From an uncultured Chloroflexia bacterium (GTDB lineage: Bacteria > Chloroflexota > Limnocylindria > Limnocylindrales > CSP1-4): a DNA stretch of 64,000 nt. A program made the translations under genes and the position numbers. This document shows, in pieces, positions 20,839-31,859 of this stretch. Below the pieces are notes generated by a model, which searched no databases, was not told where the DNA came from, and saw only the letters and a list, made by a program, of their open reading frames with translations. The stretch's first letter is position 1. Each line of letters starts with the position of its first letter. Location of the stretch: NCBI GenBank assembly GCA_963736545.1, contig CAVTPA010000001.1:3038940-3102939 (forward strand), in the 5' to 3' direction.

Positions 20839-21420
20839 GTGACCGCCGTGGGCCCCCGCCCGCTCTACCTCCCGCCGTTCCGGGTCGACCTCGAGGTCCG
20901 GCCAGGTGTTGCGCGGCTGCTGCCCTCCGCCGCGCTCGGCCGCGCCCTGCGGGCGGCGCTCCTCGCCGGGGGCGCACCGGAGCCGGCCACGGTCGGCCTC
21001 ATCCTCGCCGACGACGCCGAGCTCGCCGCGCTCAACGCCGCTCACATGGGGAAGGCCGGCCCGACCGACGTCCTGTCGTTCCCGCTCCTGCCGCCCGAGG
21101 CCTATCCGCCTCACGCCAGCGGCCCGGCACCGGCACCGGCGACCAGGGGACCCGCCGCCGACACGGGCCGAGCCTTCCTGCTCCCGCCAGGCACCCGTCT
21201 CCACCTCGGCGACGTCGTCGTGTCGGTCGAGCGCGCGGTCGCGCAGGCCGAGGCTGGGCGCGGCGGCCAGACCGGCGACGTCCGCTGGTCGCCCGCCGAC
21301 GAGCTGCGCCTCCTCGTCGTCCACGGTGGGCTCCACCTCTGCGGCTGGGACCACGCCGAGCCGGCCGAGGAGGCCGCGATGCGGTCACTCGAGCAGCGGA
21401 TCCTCGCGTCGACGGTGTGA
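20839..21420 (+). CDS. ybeY: Endoribonuclease YbeY (16S rRNA 3'-end maturation)
   Basis: Metal-binding motif HGGLHLCGWDH and DVLSFPL. GTG start. The 3' end overlaps the convergent marR-like gene by about 36 bp. Confidence 0.85.
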   Translation: MTAVGPRPLYLPPFRVDLEVRPGVARLLPSAALGRALRAALLAGGAPEPATVGLILADDAELAALNAAHMGKAGPTDVLSFPLLPPEAYPPHASGPAPAPATRGPAADTGRAFLLPPGTRLHLGDVVVSVERAVAQAEAGRGGQTGDVRWSPADELRLLVVHGGLHLCGWDHAEPAEEAAMRSLEQRILASTV

Positions 21421-21858
21421 GCGGCAGCGGTACGGATCCCGACCGCGGTCGTCGCGAAGTGCGTCGTCGGTGGCCGCGACAAGGCGGCGGATCACGTGCC
21501 CGCCGTCCTCTTCGGCAAGCACGCTGAGTCGCCAGGCGGTCGCGGTGATCGCGCTCAGCGCGAACTCGGCCAGCTGTCGGCCCGGCCGCGTCAAGGTCAG
21601 ATGCGGCGTCGTCCAGCGCCCGGGGTCGCGGACGCGCCGTACGCAGCCGCGATCCTCGAGCGCGCGGATCGCGCTGCTCAGCGTCGAGTCCGAGCAGCCG
21701 ATCCGGTCCAGCAGCCGTCGGAAGCTCGAAGGTCCGTCGCGCAGCAGCACGATCAGCAGCTGTGCGTGGAGTGGAGACAGGCGGATGGCGCCGAACTCGA
21801 GCGACAGGTGTCCCTCGACCATCCGGGTGCACCGGAGCAGCTCCATGAGCGTTTCCAT
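21385..21858 (-). CDS. MarR-family transcriptional regulator
   Basis: 157 aa from ATG 21858 (METLMELLRCTRMVEGHLSLEFGAIRLSPLHAQLLIVLLRDGPSSFRRLLDRIGCSDSTLSSAIRALEDRGCVRRVRDPGRWTTPHLTLT), a winged-helix MarR pattern. Confidence 0.75.
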   Translation of the reverse strand: METLMELLRCTRMVEGHLSLEFGAIRLSPLHAQLLIVLLRDGPSSFRRLLDRIGCSDSTLSSAIRALEDRGCVRRVRDPGRWTTPHLTLTRPGRQLAEFALSAITATAWRLSVLAEEDGGHVIRRLVAATDDALRDDRGRDPYRCRSHRRREDPLLE

Positions 21859-21931
21859 GGCGTGCGACCTCCAGCCATGCGGGCCTGGGGTGGGCCTGGC
21901 CCGCGACGACCGAGCGCGTGGCCTGACCCTC

Positions 21932-21960
21932 CCGATCTCGCGGGCGGGGCGCGAGATCGG
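21932..21960. promoter_or_regulatory. Perfect 11-bp inverted repeat upstream of marR (candidate MarR operator; could also act as the macroglobulin-gene terminator)
   Basis: ccgatctcgcg-ggcgggg-cgcgagatcgg lies about 75 to 100 nt upstream of the marR start. A second, weaker IR (ccgatttcgcgctcatcgg) is adjacent. Confidence 0.35.
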
Positions 21961-22065
21961 AGTATCCGATTTCGCGCTCATCGGCCACGTATCGGGCACT
22001 GACCTCTGCTGTTCCCGCCCGTGGGAGCGGCGGCACCCGGTGGTGCGAGCCTGGGGCGGGACCTG

Positions 22066-25000
22066 TCAGCGGATCGTCACCGTCGTCGTATCGGTGGCGA
22101 ACCAGGTCGACGGGTCGGCGGCCAGGGTGATCGTCGCGGGCTCCCAGCGGTACTCGCCGGGCGTCACCACGCGGGCCAGGTAGCAGAGAAGACGCTCGGT
22201 GTGCGTCGGGTCATGGCCTGTGGAGAACTCGACCCGCTGACCGTCGACGAGGGAGGGGGGCTCGCACCTCGCGACGCCGTCCTCGTCGTCCCCGTCGTCC
22301 TCGGCGTACCACGCCTCGGCCGGCTCGACCGGGACGAGGCCCGACGGCACGAGCTCGACGACGCGGTAGGTTTCCGAGGCGCTCCCGGTGAACCGGGCCG
22401 TGATGCGAACCCGGACGAGCGACGTCCGGGCGATGTCGCCCGACGGCGCGGCCGTCCGCGTGATCACGGCTCTCGCGGCGGGTCCGACCGGAGCGCCCGC
22501 CTCGTCCCAGCGGCCGACGACCGCCACCCGGCCCTCGAGCGCCTCGAAGACGAGGGTGGCGCGCTGCGCCGGGGTCACGGTGACCGCGACAGCCCGGCCG
22601 TCCGCCAGGTCGACGCGCGTGGTCGCGCCGTCGACCGACCAGGCGAGCACGGTCGGCTCGGGGGCCAGGTGCGCCACGAGCCCGCGGATCGTGAGCACCT
22701 CCTCGAGCACGGCGAGGTCGTCCGTCCGCGGGTGCTCGGCGACGTACGCCAGCGCCGGCTCGGCAAGCGGGTCGCCGACGGCGGCCGCGAGCGCGGCGAA
22801 CTGCGCGGTCGCCTCGGCGACCTGGTTCGGTGCCTCGCTCACGGCGAGGCGGACGAGGATGCCGCTTCGCTCGCCGAACCGGGCAGCCAGGTGACGGGCC
22901 ACCGCCGTGGCCGTGGTCGCGTCGCCGAGCGCGGCCGCGCCGAGGCCAAGCCACAGCGTCTCGCGCGGCGTGACATCCGCCGCGCCGAGTCGGTCGCGGA
23001 TGCGCTCGAGGACGGGTTCGCCGAGGGCGGCGAGGCCGACGAGCGCGACCGAGCGGCGCTCCGGCGTGTCGGCCTCATCACCGTCGTCCGGGTCGTCGTC
23101 GACGATCCCGTGGAGCCAACCGGCGGTGGACCGGCCCGCGACCGACGGGTCGGCAAGGAGCGACCGAACAGTCAGCTCGAGGTCGGCCGCGCCGTAGGCG
23201 AGGACGGCCAGCGCGCCCTCGTCGCGCAGGAACGGCTCGAGCGCCGGCGGGGTCGGCAGGGCGTCGGCGGCGACGCCGAACTCGCCTGCCAGCATCGCGA
23301 CGGCCGCGCGCGCCGCGACCGCCTGGTCGCCGCGAGCTCCCGGCTCGGCGGCGAGCGCGTACAGGCGCGGGACCCAGGCCCCGCGACCGGCGTCGCTGAC
23401 GATGAAGGTGCTGAGCCCGTCGGCCGCCCCCGTTGGCCGCAGTGCGTCGGTCACGGTCCACGCCCGGAGAACGGGGCGCGTGCGGCGCGTCTCCACGACC
23501 CGGAACGAGCGCACCACGGTGTCGCGATGGCGGCCGTCGTCGGCGGTGATCGTGAGCCGGTGGATCCCCGGCGTGAGCGTCGCGAGCGGGATGACCACGC
23601 CGCTCGCCGCTGGCCCGGTCGCGGAGGCCGCGGCCATCGGGAGCGTGTCGGAGCGCACCGTGAACGTGACCGGGGCGGCCGCGGCGACGGCCGTCCCGAA
23701 CGCCCGCACCTGCACGGCCGGGCGGTCGGCGGCCAGGTACTCGGCGGCCACGGTTGCCTCGGCGAAGAACGGCAGCCCCACGCGGAGGTCGGCCGTGCCG
23801 AGCCCGCCCCGGAGCCGCCCGTCGACCGCCCCGGCCGCGACACGCCAGCTGGTCAGGTCGTCGGACAGCTCGACCGGGATCTCGGCCATCCCGTCCGCGA
23901 CCAGTCGCCACGGTCGTGAAGAGGAGCGCGTCGCGGAAGTCGCTTCGCTCCCCCTCGCTGCCCCCGGTCGCGCCCTTGCCGTCGGTCGGGAGGTCGGGCC
24001 AGGCGGGGTGGGCGACGAGGGCCTCGACGCCGTCGCCGAGGGTCGCATAGAGGAGCTCCCGGGGGTCGCCGATGGGGGCGCCGCCGGTGGCGTCGAGGAG
24101 CCGGCGATCCACGATCGCGACGACGACCGTCGCCGCCGCAGGCCGGCCGGCGCGATCCGTCACGCGGACCCGGACGCGCGCGGTGGCCCCGGGCTGGTAT
24201 CGATCGCGGTCCGCGGTGACGGCGACCCGGAGCGTCCGCGCCGCCGGCGCGATCGCAGGCCGGAGGCTGCCGTACGGGACGACGTAGCGGCGGCCGTCGA
24301 ACCAGACGGCGTGGACCACGACGTTCGGGACGTCCGAGGCCCGGAACGTCTCGTCGTGCGTGGGCGAGGCGGAGAGGGTCCAGCGCCGGAGGCCCTCCTG
24401 CTCGACGAGGAAGAGGTACCGGTTGGCGCCTCCGCTCGGGAGCGGGCCGGCCCCCACGAGCGGAACGGTGTAGGCGTCCCCGACGCGGCAGCTGACCGGG
24501 CAGCCGTCACCGGTGACCTCGCCCAGGCTGAGCGGCACGACCTCGGCCTTGGTCCGCTGTGCTGCCCAGGCACGCTCCGCGACCTCGCGGCCCCCGGGGT
24601 CCACCGTCGTCGCGGTGACGTCGTACCAGCGGTCGCCGCCGCGAACCGCGACCCGGGCGCGGTACGTGCCGTCGCCGCGCGTCCGGACCGTCACGGGGCG
24701 AAGCGCCCGCTCGCGCTCCCGCATCTCGTAGACCGGCGCGGCCTGCTTCGTGATGGGGTCGTAGGCGGTCCCCGTGCGGACGCGGACGGTCCAGCGCTCG
24801 ACGACCGCGAGCCGGACCCGCGCCCCGGCGATGGGCCTCCCGCGCGGGTCGGCGTCGAGGGCGGCCTCGAGCGAAGGCAGCCGGTTGAGGCGGGCGATGT
24901 CGGCGACGTGGACGGCGCCGGTGGCGACCAGCGCCGTGCCGCGGACCGTTGCCGCGGCGTCGACGAGCCTGGTGCCGCGGAAGACGATGACGTTCGTCGA

Positions 25001-27142
25001 CGCTTCGATCGAGCCCTCCTCGGGAGCAGTCGGCCGGGCGAGGATCTCGCGGTCCGCGACCTGCCGGGGGACTTCGTCCTCGTACGTCGGAATCCCGATC
25101 GTCGAGGAGGTCCGAGCGGTCCCGTCCGCTCCGGTCGTGATGGTCGCCGTCGGGCCGTCGTCGACGGCGAGGCGGACGTCGATCCCGGCGGCGGGCGTTC
25201 CCTCGTAGAAGGTGGCCGCCACGGCCACCGCGGTCGACCTGCCGGCGAGCATCGCCCAGCGGTCGGCGGTGACGCGGAGCCGGTACGCCGGCGTGCGAAT
25301 GACGCCGATCTCCACCCCGGCCTGGCGCACGACGCGCGAGCCGACCACGAGCTCGACGGCGTACCAGCCGGCGGGAACGTCGCGCACCGGGAGCTGCACG
25401 GCGAACGCGCCGCGCGCGTCGGGACGTGCCGTGGAGCTGGCGACGACGGCGCCGCCCTCCTCGACGACGAGGCGGACGACCGCAGTCGCCGGGACGTCGA
25501 GATCGGCCCGGGCTCGAAGGACGCCCCAGGCGTCGATCGTGTCGGACGAGCGGTAGCGGAGGCGGTCGGTCGCGAGCGCCGCCCACCACGCGGGGTCGCC
25601 GGCGGCGCTGGCCCGGCTCCCCTCCGCGACCCGGTCGACGACCAGCGCCTCCTGCTCGTCGAGCACGAGGTAGGCACGCCGCCCGTCGGCCGCGTCGAGG
25701 AGAAGCGTCGGCGGCGCCGTGTCCGTCGGGATCTCCCAGCGGTCGTCGCCCTCGTCACCGGCCAGGAGCGCTGCCGGCGTCGTCGCGTCGACGATCCCCC
25801 TGGCGTCCGTTCGGCCGAGCGACGGGCCACCGGCAACCAGGACCCTCGTGCCGGAGACCGGGGTGCGCCGGACCACGTCGTTGACCCAGGCGAGCGTCCG
25901 CGTCGTCGTGACGAGCGCGAACGGAGCCAGATCGGTGACCTGGAGGACGGCCTGCGACGGCCTCCCGTTGGCGACGAGGGTCACGACGTAGAAGCCGATC
26001 GGGAGCCGGCGCGGCAGGCGGACGGCGGGCATCCACACGCCGTCGACCTCCCGGAACGTCACCGCGGCCTGCAGGACCACCGGCAGCCCGTCGGTCGACA
26101 CGACGACGTGCCGGCCTGAGGAGAAGAGGTACCGAGTCGCGGAGAGACGCTGGCCGATCTCGAGCGCCGCGTCGCGGTCCGGCAGCCGGTGGACGGTCAC
26201 GTCGCCGCCGGCGACCGGGGCGACGCCCTCGTCCTCGGAGCGGTCCACGAGCAGGAGCGCGCGGCCGCGCGGCGTCGTCGTCACGCGCCCGGCCTGCAGC
26301 CACGCGTCGGCCTGCAGGTCACCCGCGCCCGCGGCGGCGGTCTCGAACTGCCACCGGACGGGCTCCTCGAGCACGTAGGGCGAGCCTGGCCGGCCGACCC
26401 CGGCCCGAAGCGTCACCGTGTAGACGGTGTCCGGCTCGAGGGCGGTCGGGACGAAGGCGACGACGCGGCCGTTCGTCTCCACGCGGCCGGTGACGGCCGG
26501 CGCGATCGTGAAGTCGGCGGCGGTCACGACGACCCCGTCCTGGTCGAAGGCGACCTCGACCCCGGTCGACACCGGGACCTCCGACGCCTCCTGGCGGGGG
26601 AGGACGGCGACGACCCGCGGGGCGCGGTCGATCTCGTAGGCCCACGAGCCGGCGAGCGTGCCGTCCGCGGCGGCGAGACGGAAGCGAACGAGGGAGCCGG
26701 CCGGGAACGGCGTCACCGGCCGCACGAGGACGTGGGCGGCGTCGCGTCCGGGGCTGATCGTCAGCGCCGTGGCGGGCTCGACGGTGAGGCGGGCGGCGAG
26801 CACCGCGGCGGGCACGTTGCCGACCGACGCCATCTCGAACGCCGCATCGGCGGCGATCGGGGCCGAGCCGCCCCGTTCCGGGGTGAGCGTGGCGACCGTC
26901 GCGAGCGGCGGCAGGTTCCCGAGGTCCTCCCACGCGTCGGCGGCGGGGGGCGAGCCGGGGCCGGCCGAGGCAGCGGGGCTCGCGGAGGGACGGGCTCCGT
27001 CGTCGGGCGACGGAGCGGGCGTGGCCGACGGCAGGGCCGGGCCGCAGGCAAGCGGAACGAGCGTGGCGAGGACGAGCAGGAGCGGCGCTGCCCGCCGTGC
27101 GTGCCGGGCGTCTCTCGGGCGGGGAAGGTCCTGGACCGACAT
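22066..27142 (-). pseudogene. Bacterial alpha-2-macroglobulin-family lipoprotein (about 1690 aa) interrupted by a frameshift near 23905 (possible assembly indel)
   Basis: The N-terminal part (ORF frame 23078..27220) starts at ATG 27142 with a signal peptide and lipobox (LLLVLATLVPLAC) followed by Ig-like MG domains. The C-terminal part (ORF 22066..24048) carries the macroglobulin hallmarks ADGMAEIPVELSDDLTSWRV, an alpha-helical TED-like region and a receptor-binding-like end. The two parts join between FRDALLFTTVATG and LVADGMAEI. No CxEQ thioester motif was seen. Confidence 0.7.
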
Positions 27143-27366
27143 CGCGATCGACCTCCACCGGGACCGGGGAGTGGCCGGCCCGGCCTGCAGTAGGGGACGC
27201 CCGTGCATCAGACGCCGCACCCGCCCACCGCGTTACGCGCGCACCGCCGCGGGCGTCCGGGAGCGCGTACCATCCAAGGAGGCTCGGCCCGCGCGGGATC
27301 CGGGCCGTTCGGCGTGCCGCCACCGGCCGGGATCCGGGACGCGGCGCATCCGCAGGCGGAGGGACC

Positions 27367-28053
27367 GTGAAGGTCGTCGTCGGGCTCGGGAACCCGGGCG
27401 AGCAGTACGCGAAGACGCGCCACAACGTCGGCTGGATGACCCTGGACCGGGTCGCCGACCGCGCGGGCTGGTCCGGGCGCGGGCGCACGCGCGATGCCAG
27501 CGCCGTCGTCCAGGGCCGCTATCGGGGCCTCGACCTCGTGCTGGCCAAGCCTCTCACGTACATGAACGACTCTGGGATCGCGGTCCGCAAGCTCATCGCG
27601 CGCGAGCGGGCGCCCCTCCACGAGGTCCTCGTCGTCACCGACGACTTCAGCCTCCCGTTCGGCAAGATGCGGTTCCGCGAGGGCGGCAGCCACGGCGGTC
27701 ACAACGGGCTGCGCTCGATCATCGACGAGCTGCACACGGAGGCGTTCCCGCGACTGCGAATCGGGATCGGCGAGCCGGGTCGCGATGCGGTGGACCACGT
27801 TCTCTCGGTCTTCCAGCCCGACGAGCGGCAGCGGCTCGACGAGCTGCTCGACGCCGCGGCCGATGCGGTGGAGGCCTGGGCCCGCGACGGCGTGAGCAAG
27901 GCGGCGAACCGTTTCAACGCCTTCCAGCTTCGACCCGCCGACGAGACGCGGACGGCACCCCCGGGCGAGGTCGACGGGCCGCCCGGCCTGGACGGCGTGC
28001 GCCGCACGCGGACCGGCTGGCGTCGGGTCCGGCCGGCCGACGAGGCGCGATGA
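27367..28053 (+). CDS. pth: Peptidyl-tRNA hydrolase
   Basis: GTG 27367 with GGAGGG upstream. VKVVVGLGNPGEQYAKTRHNVGW and the GGHNGLRSI motif are present. The stop overlaps the mfd start as ATGA. Confidence 0.9.
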   Translation: MKVVVGLGNPGEQYAKTRHNVGWMTLDRVADRAGWSGRGRTRDASAVVQGRYRGLDLVLAKPLTYMNDSGIAVRKLIARERAPLHEVLVVTDDFSLPFGKMRFREGGSHGGHNGLRSIIDELHTEAFPRLRIGIGEPGRDAVDHVLSVFQPDERQRLDELLDAAADAVEAWARDGVSKAANRFNAFQLRPADETRTAPPGEVDGPPGLDGVRRTRTGWRRVRPADEAR

Positions 28054-31000
28054 CCGGGCGCTCCGCCGCGCCGCCCGCCGCGGCACCCGGCACGGCGCGC
28101 CGAATCCCCGACCTCTCGGCGCTCCCGCCGCTCCTTCGCGAGACGGCGGCGTTCGCGCGGCTGGCCGACGACCTTGCCGTCCCGCCCGGAACGCGCGCGC
28201 GGGGCCGGCACGCGGCCGTGACGGCCGTCCCGCACGGCGCCAAGTCGTTCCTCGTCGCCGCCCTCGCCCTTGGGGCGGGGGAGCGGATCTGCTGGATCGC
28301 CCGCGACGCAGAGATCGGCGACCGCGTGGCCGAGGAGCTCACGGCCTGGCTCGGCGACCCGGCCGCGGTCGCCGTTCTCGAGCCCCGCACCGCGCTGGCG
28401 TACGAGCGCAGCGAGCTCATCCGCGACGAGTCGGCTGCCCGGGTCGCGACGCTCGCCCGCTGGCGCAGCGGCCGGGCTCGCGTCCTCGTCGCGTCCGTCC
28501 AGGCGCTCCTCCAGCCGACCCTTCCCCCGGACGACCTTCCCGAGCGGCCGCGCGTCCTGCGCCGGGGCGACCGGGTCCGCCAGGCCGACCTCCTCGCCGA
28601 GCTCCTCCAGCTCGGGCACGAGCCGGTCGTCGAGGTCGCCGGCCGCGGCGAGATGGCGCGCCGGGGCGGCCTCGTCGACGTCTTCCCGGCCGGCGCCGAC
28701 CTGCCGGTCCGGATCGAGCTGTTCGGCGACGAGGTCGAGGAGATCCGGGTCTTCGACCCGACCGACCAGCGGACGATCCGCGCCGTCGAGGAGGTCGAGC
28801 TCCTCCCGGCGAGCGAGTTCCTGGTGCCGGCCGGCGGGCCGGCCGCCATCCGGGAGCGGCTGGGCCGCCTCGCGGGACGGCTGTCCGAGCGCCTTGCAGC
28901 CGACCTCGCGCGTCTCGAGGGCGACCCCGGAGCCGGCCCGGGAGCCGTCGCTGCGGGATCCTCCGCGGCCGGCGCGCGCGCGCTCGACGTCGGGGACGCG
29001 GCCGAGGTGTGGGCCGCGGTGCTGTGCCCGGCGAGCGGCCTCGACCTCGTGGAGCCGGGGACGCTCCTCGTCGTGGACGAGCCCGGCGAGGTCGCCGCCG
29101 CCGCCGAGTTCCTGTGGGACCAGGCGGCCGAGCGGCGCCGCGACCTCGTCGCGGCCGGCGACCTTCCCGACGCCTGGCCGGACGCGTATCTGCCGCCGCG
29201 CGAGTGGAAGGCCCGGCTGCTCGGTGCGCGGACCCTCGAGCTCGGCTGGGAGCCGGGCCCCGTCGAGGCGATCGGGGGCGGCCGCGCGCTCGAGGACCCG
29301 TTCGGCTGGCGCGAGCCGGTCCTCCCCCCGGGCCGCAGCGCCGGCCTCGCCCGGGCCGTCGAGCGGTGGCGCGCGGGCCGCCCGGCCTCGGTCCCGCTCG
29401 CCGACGAGGAGGCCGAGAGCCCCCGCCCCGTGCTGCCGCCGGGAGCGGTCGCCAGGCCGGGCCGGGGCGGTGCCCGCGGCAGCCTGCGCGACGCGGCCCC
29501 GGCCCCCCGGATCGTGCTCGCGTCGGACCAGGCCCCCCGCCTCGCCGAGCTCCTCGGCGACGCCGGGATCCCGGTCGGCGTGACGATGCGACCGGGCGCC
29601 CCTCCGCCGGGCGCCGTCGCCCTTGTCGGCCGCAGCCTCAACGCCGGCTTCGCGGGCGGCCCCGACGGTCTCGTCGTCGTCACCGACCGGGAGCTGTTCG
29701 GCAACGTCCGCGTCCGCCGCCCGAAGGCGCTCCGGCGGGTCGTCCCGCGCGACATCCTCGAGCGCCTCGTCCCCGGCGACCTCGTGGTCCACATCGACCA
29801 CGGCATCGCCCGCTACGAGCAGATGCTCCGCCGCGGCGGGGCGGGCGAGGAGCGCGACTACCTCGAGCTGTCGTTCGCCGCCGGCGACCGGATCTACGTG
29901 CCGGTCGAGCAGATCGCCCGGGTGACCCGGTACGCGGGCGCCGAGCGACCGTCGCTCTCCCGCCTCGGCGGCGGCGAGTGGGCCCGCACGAAGACCCGCG
30001 TCCGCCGGGCGGTCGCCGACCTGGCGGACGACCTGCTGCGGCTCTACGCCGCCCGGGCCGCCGCCACGGGCCACGCGTTCGCGCCGGACACACCCTGGCA
30101 GCGCGAGCTCGAGGCGTCGTTCCCCTACGAGGAGACGGTCGACCAGCTGCGCGCGGTCGACGAGGTGAAGTCGGACATGGAGGCGACGCGTCCCATGGAC
30201 CGCATCGTCGTGGGGGACGTCGGCTACGGCAAGACCGAGGTCGCGCTCCGAGCCGCGTTCAAGGCGATCCAGGACGGCCGCCAGGTGGCCGTCCTCGTGC
30301 CGACCACGGTCCTCGCCGACCAGCACGTGCGCACCCTCGACCAGCGCTTCGCCGCGTTCCCGGTGACCGTGCGGCTCATGTCGCGGGCGGTGCCGGCGCG
30401 CGAGCAGGCGGCCACCCTTGCCGGTCTGGCGGCGGGGACGGTCGACCTCGTCGTCGGGACCCACCGCCTCCTCTCGAAGGACGTGCGCTTCCGCGACCTG
30501 GGCCTCCTCGTCGTCGACGAGGAGCAGCGCTTCGGGGTGGCGGCGAAGGAGCGGCTCAAGCAGCTCCGGACCGAGGTGGACGTCCTCACCCTCTCGGCGA
30601 CGCCGATCCCGCGCACCCTCAACCTCGCCCTCGTCGGCGTGCGCGACCTGTCCGTGATCGAGACGCCGCCGGAGGACCGCCTGCCGATCCAGACCCGCGT
30701 CGCGGAGGCCTCGGCGGGGCTCGTGAAGGACGCGATCCTCCGCGAGCTGGACCGCGGCGGCCAGGTCTTCTTCGTCCACAACCGGGTCGAGACGATCGAG
30801 GCCCAGGCCGACCAGCTGCGCCACCTGCTGCCGGCGGCCCGGATCGTGGTCGGGCACGGCCAGATGGGCGAGAACGCGCTCGAGCACGTCATGCGGGCGT
30901 TCGCCGCCGGGGAGGCCGACGTCCTCGTCTGCACGACGATCATCGAGTCCGGGCTCGACATCCCGAACGCCAACACGATCGTCATCGACCGCGCCGACGC

Positions 31001-31859
31001 CCTCGGCCTGGCCCAGCTCTACCAGCTCCGGGGGCGTGTCGGACGGAGCAGCCGGCGCGCCTACGCCTACCTCCTGTACCGCCGGCGGGACCGCCTCTCC
31101 GACGAGGCGCGCAAGCGCCTGCAGGCGATCTTCAACGCGTCCGAGCTCGGCGCCGGCTTCCAGATCGCACTGGCCGATCTCGAGATCCGCGGGGCGGGGA
31201 ACATCCTCGGCGGCGAGCAGTCGGGGCACATGGCCGACGTCGGCTTCGACCTCTACACGCGCCTGCTCGCGGAGGCCGTCGAGGAGCGCAAGGCCAGCTA
31301 CGAGGGGCGCGAGCCGGTCCGCGTGGCGGCCGGCGCGACGGTGGACCTGCCCGTGGACGCGCACCTTCCCGACGAGTACGTCCCGGACGAGGCCCAGAAG
31401 CTCGAGCTGTACCGCCGGCTGGCGCGGGCCCGTACGGCGGGCGACGTTGCCGCCTTCCGCCAGGAGCTCGGCGATCGGTTCGGGCCGCTGCCGGCGCCGG
31501 TGCTCCGCCTCGTCGAGGTCGCCGAGCTGCGCCTCGCCGCCGAGGCCGCGGGGATCGCCTCGCTCGCCCGCGAGGAGGGCCAGCTCGTCGTGCGCTTCGC
31601 GTCCGGCCTTTCCCGCGGCGACGCGATGCGGCTCGTGGCCGGCGCCCCGCTGCCGGGCGTTCGTCCGGGCGACGTCACGTTCGCGGCGAGCCAGGTCCGG
31701 ATCCGCGCCCCCCGGGACCCCGCCCGGGCCTGGGCGCTGTCGCAGGCGCTCGTCGCCCGCGTCGCGACCGCCCGCGGGCCGGCCGGAGCGGGCCCGTCCG
31801 CGGCGGACGATCAGTCGTCCTCCGCGCCCCCGTCGTCGCCGCCGGCCGCGAACCGATAG
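28050..31859 (+). CDS. mfd: Transcription-repair coupling factor
   Basis: 1269 aa with a UvrB-homology N-terminus, an RNAP-interaction domain and a superfamily-2 helicase core (GDVGYGKTEVALRAAF, DEEQRFGV, QLRGRVGRS). It sits directly after pth, as in Firmicutes. Confidence 0.9.
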   Translation: MTGRSAAPPAAAPGTARRIPDLSALPPLLRETAAFARLADDLAVPPGTRARGRHAAVTAVPHGAKSFLVAALALGAGERICWIARDAEIGDRVAEELTAWLGDPAAVAVLEPRTALAYERSELIRDESAARVATLARWRSGRARVLVASVQALLQPTLPPDDLPERPRVLRRGDRVRQADLLAELLQLGHEPVVEVAGRGEMARRGGLVDVFPAGADLPVRIELFGDEVEEIRVFDPTDQRTIRAVEEVELLPASEFLVPAGGPAAIRERLGRLAGRLSERLAADLARLEGDPGAGPGAVAAGSSAAGARALDVGDAAEVWAAVLCPASGLDLVEPGTLLVVDEPGEVAAAAEFLWDQAAERRRDLVAAGDLPDAWPDAYLPPREWKARLLGARTLELGWEPGPVEAIGGGRALEDPFGWREPVLPPGRSAGLARAVERWRAGRPASVPLADEEAESPRPVLPPGAVARPGRGGARGSLRDAAPAPRIVLASDQAPRLAELLGDAGIPVGVTMRPGAPPPGAVALVGRSLNAGFAGGPDGLVVVTDRELFGNVRVRRPKALRRVVPRDILERLVPGDLVVHIDHGIARYEQMLRRGGAGEERDYLELSFAAGDRIYVPVEQIARVTRYAGAERPSLSRLGGGEWARTKTRVRRAVADLADDLLRLYAARAAATGHAFAPDTPWQRELEASFPYEETVDQLRAVDEVKSDMEATRPMDRIVVGDVGYGKTEVALRAAFKAIQDGRQVAVLVPTTVLADQHVRTLDQRFAAFPVTVRLMSRAVPAREQAATLAGLAAGTVDLVVGTHRLLSKDVRFRDLGLLVVDEEQRFGVAAKERLKQLRTEVDVLTLSATPIPRTLNLALVGVRDLSVIETPPEDRLPIQTRVAEASAGLVKDAILRELDRGGQVFFVHNRVETIEAQADQLRHLLPAARIVVGHGQMGENALEHVMRAFAAGEADVLVCTTIIESGLDIPNANTIVIDRADALGLAQLYQLRGRVGRSSRRAYAYLLYRRRDRLSDEARKRLQAIFNASELGAGFQIALADLEIRGAGNILGGEQSGHMADVGFDLYTRLLAEAVEERKASYEGREPVRVAAGATVDLPVDAHLPDEYVPDEAQKLELYRRLARARTAGDVAAFRQELGDRFGPLPAPVLRLVEVAELRLAAEAAGIASLAREEGQLVVRFASGLSRGDAMRLVAGAPLPGVRPGDVTFAASQVRIRAPRDPARAWALSQALVARVATARGPAGAGPSAADDQSSSAPPSSPPAANR

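Noticed and set aside
18484-21527. Long minus ORF 18484..21354 (956 aa) and plus ORF 19098..21527 (809 aa)
   Set aside because: They are antisense to or out of frame with the 7TM-HD protein and ybeY, which have clear motifs. Their composition is dominated by Arg, Gly and Asp runs.
22066-24048. Thioester (CxEQ) site in the alpha-2-macroglobulin-like protein
   Set aside because: No CxEQ motif was found in the C-terminal segment 22066..24048 (the ORF 22066..24048 translation was read residue by residue; the N-terminal segment was not fully searched). The protein is therefore described as thioester-less, not as YfhM-like.
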